Shown piece after piece: positions 48,944-60,914 of a stretch of 64,000 bases of DNA (positions are counted from its first letter, which is position 1; every line of letters starts with the position of its first letter). The position numbers and the translations under genes are program-made. The notes below the pieces were generated by a model that was given only the letters and a program-made list of their open reading frames with translations, did not search any database and was not told the origin of the DNA. This DNA comes from Diplonema japonicum. Taxonomy: Eukaryota; Protista; Euglenozoa: Diplonemea. The stretch lies in NCBI GenBank assembly GCA_964019335.1, contig OZ025673.1:434001-498000 (forward strand). The letters are read 5' to 3'.

Positions 48944-49379
48944 ATTATCTTTTTTTTTTGAAAAGAAAAAAAAAACCCCCTCCCTCTTCCTTCGGTTTTT
49001 CCAATGGTGCCGTTGCATTTGTGGGGGGGGGGGGGTTTATAATAATGAATAACAAGAGAAGGGGGAGGGGGGGGGAATAATCTAAATAACGGGAAGTGGA
49101 GGAATCTACGAGTGAGGGAAAAAAAGGGGGGGGGGAAACGGGATATCATTGACAAATTTTGAGAAAAATTATGTGTGAAAAGAGGAGGGGGGGGGGGGGG
49201 TTTGTTCGAGAAAGCATGGGACAATAGGGAAGGAGAAAAGGGAATCTATGAAAAAAAAAAGGTCTATTCAAAATATTTACCATTTTCTGTTTTTACTATT
49301 TTTTTTTTTTTTTTTTTTTTTTTTTGTAATTTCGCAAAGAAACATAAACAAGTGGCCCATAGGTCACAGAAAGAAAGGA

Positions 49380-49427
<48 letters not shown>

Positions 49428-49430
<3 letters not shown>

Positions 49431-51147
49431 ACATTTAAGGGTACCTGCGGTATGTGACAGGACGCCTGAAGAGTTTCAATCTGTCTTTTGATCGAACCTT
49501 TCTGTTGTGGTGTGGCCTTCGGCCCCTCGTTCACCCTCCTCGGTACCTTAGGTATGAAACCCTCAACCGAGTTGGTAAGGACACAATAGTTGTACAGTTG
49601 TTTCTCAAGGATGTGGCGGGTCGCCGGGGAGGCGAATACCGGTCTAGAGGAGTAGCCCCTTATGGAGCCGTTGTAGTAACCCAACGTGCGTAGGGAGTGG
49701 ACAGAGTCTACCGAAGCAGCTGGAATGAGGGGCGCTATGCGCTTATTGGTGTGGATGCGTTCTAGTGCCGCTATCACCCGGCCTATGACACGCGCGCTCT
49801 CCTGGATGTCCTCACCCTCTCCACAAGGCGAGAGTCCCTCTGTGGCAATGAAGTCTACGGCCAGCTCAAGCCTGGAGACCTGTCCACCTGTTGTGCCCCA
49901 GTGAAGGGCCGAGAGCCATCGGATGACGTGCGGGAACAGCCGCGGGAGGTACTGCTGCCTCAAACCGTTGTCGTAGTACCACCTCAGTGGCCGCGGCTTG
50001 AGCAAACACCCCTTCTCGAAGGGCCTGTTCCACAAGTGAACACTGAAGTCCACTGTCTTCTTTCGTGCAAAGGCGAGCTGCAAGTTGCCAGTAATTTCCG
50101 CCATCATTAGCTGTAACTCAGCTGTTTCCAGCACGAGCCCCCCCGTCGCAATGCCATGCAGTTGTGTGCACCGGGGCCACTGGTTACGTTGTGCGCATAG
50201 TGCCGCCCGCTTCTCGGATGCTGTCCTGATGTGCTCGTGCGCCTGGCAGTCCCAGAGGGTGTGCTCCAGGAGCCTTGACGTATGTTGCGAAATGTCGAAA
50301 GTAGCGTCGCATCCCATGCATTTCGTCCGCCCCCCGACCGTGTCGTTGATGACCTTGGGATGGAACGGGAAAACGGCCCCCACTATCACCTGTAGCACCC
50401 TTCGAGCTTTGGGCGGATTTCGGGTCGCCAGGTGCAAGTGTAGCTCGTTGGTGGCCTTCTCGTCGATGTTGCCCGTCCCCTGAAAGGAGGGTCTGCTCTC
50501 TTCTAGGGCCGTTCGCAGGTGGACCTTCAGGAGCTTCCTGACCTCGTGCTTCAGGGCCCTCGGCTCCAGGGGTACCCATTGCCGCGCGAACTGCGCCCAG
50601 CTGGACCCCAGTTCCCCCAGCAGTTCATGGGTCTGTCCGAGCATCCCGCAAGGGCCGAGGGGGTTCCCGCCCCGGGCAGCTTCCTTGTACTTGTCCCTGC
50701 ACTTCTTAACGAGTGCCCTGGACCCTTCGTCGCTTTGCATCATTCGCGCAAACGTCGTGATTCTGCGGTATGCGGCTGCAGAATAAGGGTCCAGCCTGTG
50801 ACCTTTGAAAGCCACCCCAAGGAGGGCTCCCGACGAGCGAGTCGGGTTGTGTGGGCCCCATATGCAAGAGGTAATCTTCTTCCTGAGGGAGTCCAGAAGC
50901 GAGTCCGTGGGCGGTGTGTAGAGCACTCCGTAGAGCGCCGCTGGGAGGATGCAGTCCTCTATCAGTAGAGCCTTACGCGATCTCGTGATGTGGGTTACCG
51001 CGAGCCTGTCGACCGCATCCAGCGCCGTGGCGAACCTGGTGTTCTTCGTTCTGGTGGGCTGCAAGCACACTGTGCACCCCAGCATAGTGATGCTTTTCAC
51101 TGTTTCAAATACGGTGTCCCTCATTGCCAGCTTGCCTCTGTACCCCT
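49428..51147 (-). mobile_element. 5'-truncated non-LTR retrotransposon (RT C-terminus/thumb, CCHC knuckle, C-terminal extension)
   Basis: Intronless open frame: ETVKSITMLG (RT block 7), LIEDCILPAALYG (thumb), CMGC...HTLWDC knuckle; flanked by T-tracts on the sense strand; 3' end repeated at 46607. Confidence 0.8.
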
Positions 51148-51299
51148 TTAAAAGAAAAAAAAAAAAAAAAGAATGGACGAAGGGAGAAAGAAAAAAAATC
51201 TAAAAGAAAAAAAAAAAAAAAAAAAAGAAACAGAAATAAAAGATCTATCTAATAACCCATTTTTCTTTCCTTTTTTTTTTCTTCTTCTTCCCCATTCTT

Positions 51300-53537
51300 T
51301 TACTTCCCATTGACATGTATCAGCTTCCCGATAATGTCGCGAGTGTACTTCAGTCGTGAACTAATGTCAGGTTGTTGCTTTGACATTGAGTTGAGAGAGA
51401 ATGTAGACCGCTTACCGGTGTTGTCGGTATACGTAACAAGCTTGGCCTCAGAGGTAAGAAGGATTTCAGTAGAATCGTGAAAGCAAACCTGGACCTTCTT
51501 GTTGGAGAGCCTGAAGATGGTGGCGTCAGCTGTGTGAAGCCACTTTCGGACGTAGACTATGTCCCGCTCCTTGGACTCTGTAAGAGGGGCCCGACTGCAC
51601 GTGACAACCTCAGACTGGCCTTGCTTAGGACCTCGCCCCTTCATTTTCGCAATATAGCTGCTGAAGTACTTCACCAGCGTGGTTTTCTTGTTCAGCTCCT
51701 CAGGATGCTGCCCGAGAATGTATTTCGTCATCTGCTCGGACCCCTGCATGACACCCACCTTGTTCCTCATGATGTACCAGATTTCCGACGTTTCCGGAGA
51801 ATACACTATTTTCGTGTTGTCGTTGAAATGCACACCAATCTGTTTTTTTTTTTTTTTTTTTTTTTTTTTTTGTTAAAGTTTCCCACACCTGTCCGTTGCT
51901 GAACCTGTAGGCAAGCCCGTACTTTGATGTGAAGTCGGCGTACTCAGTGACCCACAGAGTAGGACCTTGTGGGGAACTCACAACCGGTTCTGCCTTCGGT
52001 GCCTTCCCCTCAACCAGCGTCTCCTCCAGCTTATCCCTAAGCATCGTGAGGTTCTTGTCGTCCTCGTTGTCTACCACATCCCGCGTGGGCTGCGGTGCGG
52101 GGTCTGCTCCGCCAATCACAGGCGTCGCCTTGGGGTTGGTTTGTTTATTTCAATAGAAAAGGCAAATACCGAAGGCTTCCTCAGCGACAATGGGACCGAT
52201 GGGGATCTGCTTGTGGTGGGAGCCCTCCCGCGGCTGTTGCTCCTCGGGGGGGTGATTGAAGGCACGCAGGCAGCGACCCTACGCGGAGACGACATCTGTG
52301 GTTGAAAGTGGTGAAACCCTAAAGCTCATACCCTTGTGGTGTACGTTGGTTTGTAGGCCTCTCGTCTCCCGACAGCCGATGCGCTGCGCACCTGTGGGGG
52401 CGGCGGTGGCGATGCTGACGCACCCGGCGAGACAGAGCTCCTGTACCTTTGCACAATTTTCGGCGAGACGTGGTACGGGGGGGATTGCTGCTCTTTAGCA
52501 GGCTGCTGCTCCTTCGCGCGCAACTTGCCTCCAGCAGAGGCAGAGCGCATGACATTCATGTCGACCCTGCCAAGAGGCTCCCTACGTGGCTTGGAGGGAA
52601 GTGACGCCCTTCTCTCGTCAATAAGACGGTGCTGCTGGGCTGCGTGCCGGGGTGTCCCAGGAACGAAGAGAGAGAGGGGCGCGATTTTGGACGGCGGGTG
52701 GAGTTTGAACCACGGGTGCTCCAACAGCTGCTCGACAGTGGGGCGGCCCTCGGGGGACACTTGTAAAATGCTGCTAATAAGCTTCTTAGCCTCCTGTGAG
52801 ATGTCGATGTGCGAGGGGAACGTAAAGGAGCAACTCTTGATTTTTCCGTAGGTACTTTTCACGTCACCAGTCTGGAAGGGCGGCTTTCCGACAAGCATGG
52901 CGAAGATGATCACGCCCACTGTCCAGACGTCCGCTTCGTAGGAGTGACCATGGCCCGAGGCAAGGATCTCGGGTGCGATGTAGTTAGGGGTCCCGCATAG
53001 CGTTCGCCGCTTTTCACCTGCAAAGTACAATTTAGCGGCAAGGCCGAAGTCGCCAATCTTGGCTTCCATGTCACCTGAGAGCATGATATTGCCGAGTTTC
53101 AGGTCACGGTGGATGACACCGAGACCGTGCATGTACTTCAGAGCGAGAAGGACTTGGTGGATGAGATACGAGGTCTCTGGCTCAGAGAACCTTCCTTTCC
53201 TGTTGCAGTGCTCCATCAGGGTCTGGCCCTTGCACAGTTCTAGCATGATGTACACGTTGTGTTCGTCTTCGAAGTACTTCTTGAAGCCGACGATGTGCTT
53301 GTGCCCGATGCTTCTGTGGATTTTGATCTCCGTCTTTAGTTTCTGCCGTGTTTTTGGTTTTACGATCGTTGTCTTTGAGATAACCTTCACCGCGAAGTGC
53401 TCGCTGCTACCGCAGTGCATGGCCTCGTAGCATTTCGCAAACCCTCCCTTGCCCAAAAGCTTCCCTTTTAGGTACCTGTTCACCACCAGCCCACCTCTAC
53501 TCCTCTCCTCAATGTACTCCGGACGCAGCTCCGGCAT
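51300..53537 (-). CDS. PLK: Polo-like kinase (~703 aa)
   Basis: GKGGFAKC, HRDLKLGN, DFGLAA, TLCGTPNYIAPE; two polo boxes (WVTEYADFTSKYG; YVRKW...FRLSN); introns 52296-52331, 52129-52169, 51840-51888. Confidence 0.95.
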
Positions 53538-53553
53538 GTCCGTTCCCTGTTAT

Positions 53554-53589
<36 letters not shown>

Positions 53590-53841
53590 TAGAATAACAC
53601 GAATAGAATGGAACAAAAAATAAAAAAGGGGGGGGACAACAAAACAATATAATCCGCCCCATATTTGACTCTTTTTTTTTTCTCTTTTTTTTTTTCTATT
53701 CAGCCAGTAAGATATTTTTACTTTATCGCGCGAGCTTGCCTAGAATAAAAAAAATAAAAAAAAAACAAAAAAAATATATATATTGAAAATTATTCAGAAG
53801 TAACAACTTAAAAGAGAAAAGACATTGAAACACTATTCGAC

Positions 53842-55458
53842 TTATTCAACCTTTGCTTTCTTGCTGTCATTTTCATTGCTGTCCTCTTCGCGTTCCCTCT
53901 TCTTCTCCTTCTTCTCTTTCTTTTCCTTCTTTTCTTTCTTTTCCTTCTTCTCTTTCTTCTCCTTTTCGCTCTTCTCTTTCTTTTCCTTCTTCTCTTTTTT
54001 TTCCTTCTTTTCCTTCTTCTCCTTCTTTTCTTTTTTCTCTTTTTTCTCATCATCCTTCTTCGGGGTCTTCTCTGGTTTAGCCTCATCAATCTGTTTCACT
54101 GGTTCTTGCCGTCTCGGGGCATCTCTGTCTCCATCCCTATCTCTTCCCATGTCCCTGTCCCTCCTGTCGTAGTCATCGTAACCCCTTCTGTCTCTCCTGT
54201 CAAAGTCTCTCCTGTCACGGAAGTCTCCACCTCTCCTGTCGAAGTTGTCCCTGCTATCCCTGCTGTCCCTGCCCCTGAAGTCTCGTCGGCCAAAATCCCT
54301 GTTCTTGTTGTAATCAGAGTACCTGTTGTCCCTGTCATCTCTCATCCTGTCATCCCTCCTGTCGTCCCTGTATCGCCCACCAAACCTGTCCTCTCTGTGG
54401 TCCCGGTTCCTGTTATCCCTGAACCTGTCCTCCCTGTGCCTGTCCTCTCTGAATCTATCATCCGTTCGACGCTTCTCGTCCCTGTCACCGTCTTTGGGCT
54501 TCTCCTCTTTGTCATGTTCTTCTCTCTTTCCGTTTCCGTTCTGCTTCTCCTCCACCTTGTCCTTCTTCTCTTCTTCACCTTCCTCCTTTTTCCCATTCTC
54601 CTCATTTTCCGCCTGCTTCGTGCACTCTGCAGTCCAGTGCCCTTCCCCACCACATGTCTTGCACTTCACGCCCTTTGGTGGCGCCTGCTTGCCTGCTGGT
54701 GTTGGTGTTGTCGCTTGCTTCCTGTGGTGCGATGCTTCGGTTTTATTATATCCATACAAAGGGCAGTCCTTGGCCCAGTGCCCTGCTTCCTGACACACAC
54801 GACACTTGTAGCTGGGTGGCGGTGTCGAAACTGTGTGTGGTTGTGATAATATTTTTACTTGAAAATTCGAACGCAGATATTAGTTGTTTGCTTGCAGAAG
54901 TGAATAAAAGGAAGAACGGAACGGAACGCGACTCTTACCACAGACAGCCAACATCGTACGCGACCTGCACACCGAGCATCAGGCCTGACCAACCAGCACC
55001 TATACTCTACTTACATATTGTTGCTTGTGGAGGTGATACCTTTAGATATTTATTTAATTCCACAAATGTGCTGGACCTGAGAAGTGATTGGAGGCTGCGA
55101 CAGCTTCGAACAAGGACAGCAAGGATGCGACAGAAAGGGAAAAAAAATACAGAAACAAGCAAGACAGATATGAGAGATGGCTTGCGTTTGAAAGCGCAGT
55201 CGTAGCAAGAGTATAAGCAACACACCTGACGATGACTTCAACGGGCAGTCTTTGTTCCAGTGGCCTCGCTTCATGCAAACGGAGCAAACGTAGTCTTCAG
55301 GAGGCAGGGCCCTCTCTTCAACAGCAGCCGAGGGTCCCCCTGTGATCTTCAACTTCTCATCGCTCTTGCTGCTCTTCGTCCTGCTGCTGCTGCTGCTGCT
55401 GCTTCGCCTCCTTCGTCGACGGCTCTTTTTGCTCTTTCGGTGTTTCTTGCTTCGAGAC

Positions 55459-55519
<61 letters not shown>

Positions 55520-57071
55520 ATTGCTGCTCGTGGTGCATACCTTGCGCCTCGATGAGTACGAAGAGTAAGAAGACGAGCTGTCACTGTAGCTGCTGGAGTC
55601 GTCCTCCAGTCGCATTCCTGAAGGTGTTGGTGATGACAAATGGTACGGGTGGTCTTGTGGAACATACCAACATCCGTCTTCGTCGACAAACCAGCTAGAC
55701 GGTCAGCGGTGGCGGCACCGATGTTGGGGTCCACAACGCCATCTGGTCAGGTGTTCATGTTTTTGAGAAACTATAAAATCGCATACTCTCGAGTGTTCGA
55801 TACATCACAGCTGCCCTGGGAACATTCCTGCGGATTGAGATAATCTGTGCTGCCGTGAGGGTGCCAGGTGTCCCCTCCAGTGCGGGGTCTCTGTATTTAA
55901 TGGCCTCCGCCTCGTTCTGCGGCAGGTCGGGCATTGGGACATTCAGCGAAGTGACACGAGCCATCCTCGCATCGGCATCCTCAGGCCCCACGTTCTCCAT
56001 CCCAGGGAGGGTTGACATGGGGAGTGACACCCCACCACCGCCTATCGCTTTCGCCGCTTCACGTTCGAGCTTTTCTTTTAGTTTCCAGTCGAAAGCCCCG
56101 GGGATTGCCCCGGGAACAGCACCCCCAGAGAGAGACCTGGCCACAGGTTGCATGCCTGGCATCTCCCCCGGGAAGCGCTGTTGAAGTGTCATGGAAGGAA
56201 TGCCCTCGCCATTGCTGGGTATGGTTGCAGGAGGAAGGGAAGCAGGAGGAAGGGTGCTGGCAGGAGGAACAAGCCTCGCCTGCTCACCCCCCGCTCCCTC
56301 CCCGAGCACCGAATCGATGGCATTTCTGGCTGCACATATTTGTTCTAACCTAAATTTGTAAAAACCGTGTAACTTACTCGAGGGCTGAAGAAATGCAAAC
56401 TGGGGTCTATTTTCTGCCCTCACTTGTGCCTCAAACCCCGCTTTGTCTTCTGCTGCTGCGATCTGAGCCACAAGCTTTTCAATTGCTTCCAGTTCCTCTT
56501 GAGAGGGGACACCCTCTGGAGGGGGAACAGGGGGTGCGATGGGGAGGGGTGGGGGGACCATTTGGGGTGCTGCAGAGAGATTCCCTGCAGGCCTCTGGTG
56601 TTGGGGGAGAACAGGAGCACCATTCGACCCCATTGCTAAGGTCACCACGATGTCCCGCCCAGCGAACTTTCGCACCTCACCACCGAACTCCTTTGTTGTT
56701 GACACAGGGACACCCCCCACCTCCACTATCTTCGCACCCACAGGGATCCCCGCACGGTGTGCCGGTTGTCCCTCGTTCACTGTTGTCACCTCACACCCGT
56801 TTGCACTCAGCCCCATTCCTATCCCTGCTTCTCCGGGAAGCCTTGCAATGGTGTACTGTGCGCACCCTATCGCCGCAGGGGTCACAGGCGCCGGAACAGG
56901 CAGCGCCGGTGGTTCCACTGTGGCAGGCGGCGACTCCGCCTGAGCCGACTTCACCTTCGTCAGAAGGGACTTCAGGCCCCCCACAGGGCTGGCAGCAGCA
57001 GCCTCAGCCTTCACCTTCTCCAATCGCGCATTCTTCAGCTTCTCCAGAAACGGAGCTGGCTTCTTGCTCAT
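53842..57071 (-). CDS. PDZ-SURP-zinc knuckle RD/KE-rich putative splicing factor, copy A (~885 aa)
   Basis: PDZ (GIGMGL...PAHRAGI..G), SURP (IEKLV...FE...FAFL...HGFYKFRL), three CX2CX4HX4C knuckles, RD-rich region and KKE tail; introns 55743-55786, 55618-55667, 55458-55540, 54831-55225. Confidence 0.82.
55459..55519. repeat. (TTG/AAC)n microsatellite inside intron 3; same tract at 59069-59129
   Basis: About 20 perfect TTG units. Confidence 0.95.
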
Positions 57072-57271
57072 ATTGGGATTTTTTTCTTTTTTTTTCTTCT
57101 CTCCTGCTCTTTTTGCTTTTTTTCTTCTTTTTTTTTGTGTTGGTGTCCTGTAGGAGTTATATTGTTATGCGACCAAGATGCGGCTATAATAACATAGTTG
57201 ATAACACTAAACTAAAGGACTCTTCGATGTAAAGAGCAAGGCTAGCTGTCACTCTCAAGCGGCAAGACTCT

Positions 57272-59068
57272 TTATTCAACCTTTGCTTTCTTGCTGTCAT
57301 TTTCATTGCTGTCCTCTTCGCGTTCCCTCTTCTTCTCCTTCTTCTCTTTCTTTTCCTTCTTTTCTTTCTTTTCCTTCTTCTCTTTCTTCTCCTTTTCGCT
57401 CTTCTCTTTCTTTTCCTTCTTCTCTTTTTTTTCCTTCTTTTCCTTCTTCTCCTTCTTTTCTTTTTTCTCTTTTTTCTCATCATCCTTCTTCGGGGTCTTC
57501 TCTGGTTTAGCCTCATCAATCTGTTTCACTGGTTCTTGCCGTCTCGGGGCATCTCTGTCTCCATCCCTATCTCTTCCCATGTCCCTGTCCCTCCTGTCGT
57601 AGTCATCGTAACCCCTTCTGTCTCTCCTGTCAAAGTCTCTCCTGTCACGGAAGTCTCCACCTCTCCTGTCGAAGTTGTCCCTGCTATCCCTGCTGTCCCT
57701 GCCCCTGAAGTCTCGTCGGCCAAAATCCCTGTTCTTGTTGTAATCAGAGTACCTGTTGTCCCTGTCATCTCTCATCCTGTCATCCCTCCTGTCGTCCCTG
57801 TATCGCCCACCAAACCTGTCCTCTCTGTGGTCCCGGTTCCTGTTATCCCTGAACCTGTCCTCCCTGTGCCTGTCCTCTCTGAATCTATCATCCGTTCGAC
57901 GCTTCTCGTCCCTGTCACCGTCTTTGGGCTTCTCCTCTTTGTCATGTTCTTCTCTCTTTCCGTTTCCGTTCTGCTTCTCCTCCACCTTGTCCTTCTTCTC
58001 TTCTTCACCTTCCTCCTTTTTCCCATTCTCCTCATTTTCCGCCTGCTTCGTGCACTCTGCAGTCCAGTGCCCTTCCCCACCACATGTCTTGCACTTCACG
58101 CCCTTTGGTGGCGCCTGCTTGCCTGCTGGTGTTGGTGTTGTCGCTTGCTTCCTGTGGTGCGATGCTTCGGTTTTATTATATCCATACAAGGGGCAGTCCT
58201 TGGCCCAGTGCCCTGCTTCCTGACACACACGACACTTGTAGCTGGGTGGCGGTGTCGAAACTGTGTGTGGTTGAGTATTATTCTTCATGATTGTGGAAAA
58301 TGCCATGCTCTGTGGCTTGGGCTAGAGGGACACAGAAAGAGTGCTAAGAAATGGTAGTTAAGTGGGTTCGGCCTTCATGCCGTGAATAGGTTGCGTCAAA
58401 GGCTGCATGCTTACAAAGCGCTAGCAAACCAAGCATTGCAGGACTCCACGCCAGCTCACCTTCGCCACCTAACCTCTCCCTTGACCACTATCCTCACAAT
58501 ACTCATTAGCCACCTCGTGATATACATTTCACATATTGTGTTGCTTGTGAGACACTGCCTTTTATTTAATTAATGTTGGTGATTGCCACCACAATAGTTC
58601 AGAATCTTTCCAGCCAGACAGCTGGAAAAAAAGAAAAAAAAACAACATCAAAGAAGCAAAAGAAACAATGAAAGGGTCGTGTATAAACAGAAAGATAGAA
58701 AAAGTAAAAAGGCAACATCAACATGAGAGATGGCTTGCGTGAACGCAAGGTTTACAAACTTTTTTTTTGATTTCCTTTTCCTTAAAAGATGGCAGGCTGG
58801 CTTTACCTGTGCCATCATGGTTTTGTGGAACACACCTGACGATGACTTCAACGGGCAGTCTTTGTTCCAGTGGCCTCGCTTCATGCAAACGGAGCAAACG
58901 TAGTCTTCAGGAGGCAGGGCCCTCTCTTCAACAGCAGCCGAGGGTCCCCCTGTGATCTTCAACTTCTCATCGCTCTTGCTGCTCTTCGTCCTGCTGCTGC
59001 TGCTGCTGCTGCTTCGCCTCCTTCGTCGACGGCTCTTTTTGCTCTTTCGGTGTTTCTTGCTTCGAGAC

Positions 59069-59129
<61 letters not shown>

Positions 59130-60681
59130 ATTGCTGCTCGTGGTGCATACCTTGCGCCTCGATGAGTACGAAGAGTAAGAAGACGAGCTGTCACTGTAGC
59201 TGCTGGAGTCGTCCTCCAGTCGCATTCCTGAAGGTGTTGGTGATGACAAATGGTACGGGTGGTCTTGTGGAACATACCAACATCCGTCTTCGTCGACAAA
59301 CCAGCTAGACGGTCAGCGGTGGCGGCACCGATGTTGGGGTCCACAACGCCATCTGGTCAGGTGTTCATGTTTTTGAGAAACTATAAAATCGCATACTCTC
59401 GAGTGTTCGATACATCACAGCTGCCCTGGGAACATTCCTGCGGATTGAGATAATCTGTGCTGCCGTGAGGGTGCCAGGTGTCCCCTCCAGTGCGGGGTCT
59501 CTGTATTTAATGGCCTCCGCCTCGTTCTGCGGCAGGTCGGGCATTGGGACATTCAGCGAAGTGACACGAGCCATCCTCGCATCGGCATCCTCAGGCCCCA
59601 CGTTCTCCATCCCAGGGAGGGTTGACATGGGGAGTGACACCCCACCACCGCCTATCGCTTTCGCCGCTTCACGTTCGAGCTTTTCTTTTAGTTTCCAGTC
59701 GAAAGCCCCGGGGATTGCCCCGGGAACAGCACCCCCAGAGAGAGACCTGGCCACAGGTTGCATGCCTGGCATCTCCCCCGGGAAGCGCTGTTGAAGTGTC
59801 ATGGAAGGAATGCCCTCGCCATTGCTGGGTATGGTTGCAGGAGGAAGGGAAGCAGGAGGAAGGGTGCTGGCAGGAGGAACAAGCCTCGCCTGCTCACCCC
59901 CCGCTCCCTCCCCGAGCACCGAATCGATGGCATTTCTGGCTGCACATATTTGTTCTAACCTAAATTTGTAAAAACCGTGTAACTTACTCGAGGGCTGAAG
60001 AAATGCAAACTGGGGTCTATTTTCTGCCCTCACTTGTGCCTCAAACCCCGCTTTGTCTTCTGCTGCTGCGATCTGAGCCACAAGCTTTTCAATTGCTTCC
60101 AGTTCCTCTTGAGAGGGGACACCCTCTGGAGGGGGAACAGGGGGTGCGATGGGGAGGGGTGGGGGGACCATTTGGGGTGCTGCAGAGAGATTCCCTGCAG
60201 GCCTCTGGTGTTGGGGGAGAACAGGAGCACCATTCGACCCCATTGCTAAGGTCACCACGATGTCCCGCCCAGCGAACTTTCGCACCTCACCACCGAACTC
60301 CTTTGTTGTTGACACAGGGACACCCCCCACCTCCACTATCTTCGCACCCACAGGGATCCCCGCACGGTGTGCCGGTTGTCCCTCGTTCACTGTTGTCACC
60401 TCACACCCGTTTGCACTCAGCCCCATTCCTATCCCTGCTTCTCCGGGAAGCCTTGCAATGGTGTACTGTGCGCACCCTATCGCCGCAGGGGTCACAGGCG
60501 CCGGAACAGGCAGCGCCGGTGGTTCCACTGTGGCAGGCGGCGACTCCGCCTGAGCCGACTTCACCTTCGTCAGAAGGGACTTCAGGCCCCCCACAGGGCT
60601 GGCAGCAGCAGCCTCAGCCTTCACCTTCTCCAATCGCGCATTCTTCAGCTTCTCCAGAAACGGGGCTGGCTTCTTGCTCAT
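57272..60681 (-). CDS. PDZ-SURP-zinc knuckle protein, copy B (tandem duplicate)
   Basis: Exons and short introns essentially identical to copy A; long intron 58261-58835 is different. Confidence 0.82.
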
Positions 60682-60914
60682 TTTGGTTTTTTTTTTTCCT
60701 CTTTTTTTTTTCTTGTATGGTTTATGGAACAGTGATAGGGAGGATCCTGTAGGGGGTATGTTGCGCGCGCCCAAGAATTAAAAAGGGACCAATAAGAGCT
60801 TTAGAAATGAAAGAGAAAAAAAAAAAAGGAAAATTACACCCTCACAGTCAGAAGAAAGGACTCGGTAATTAAGACCCACTAACTAGAAAAGGGGAAAAAA
60901 AAAAAAACCACCCC

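Noticed and set aside
49432-51152. Short inverted similarity at the retroelement ends (atttaagggtac vs gtacccctttaaaa) suggesting TIRs
   Set aside because: Only ~12 imperfect bases, and the ORF is a non-LTR RT fragment cut mid-domain; chance or microhomology is more likely.
53899-54046. Regular short repeats (KKE codons; 16200-16346 duplication) as a CRISPR-like array
   Set aside because: No constant repeat with unique spacers and no cas genes; these are coding low-complexity sequence or a simple tandem duplication in a eukaryote.
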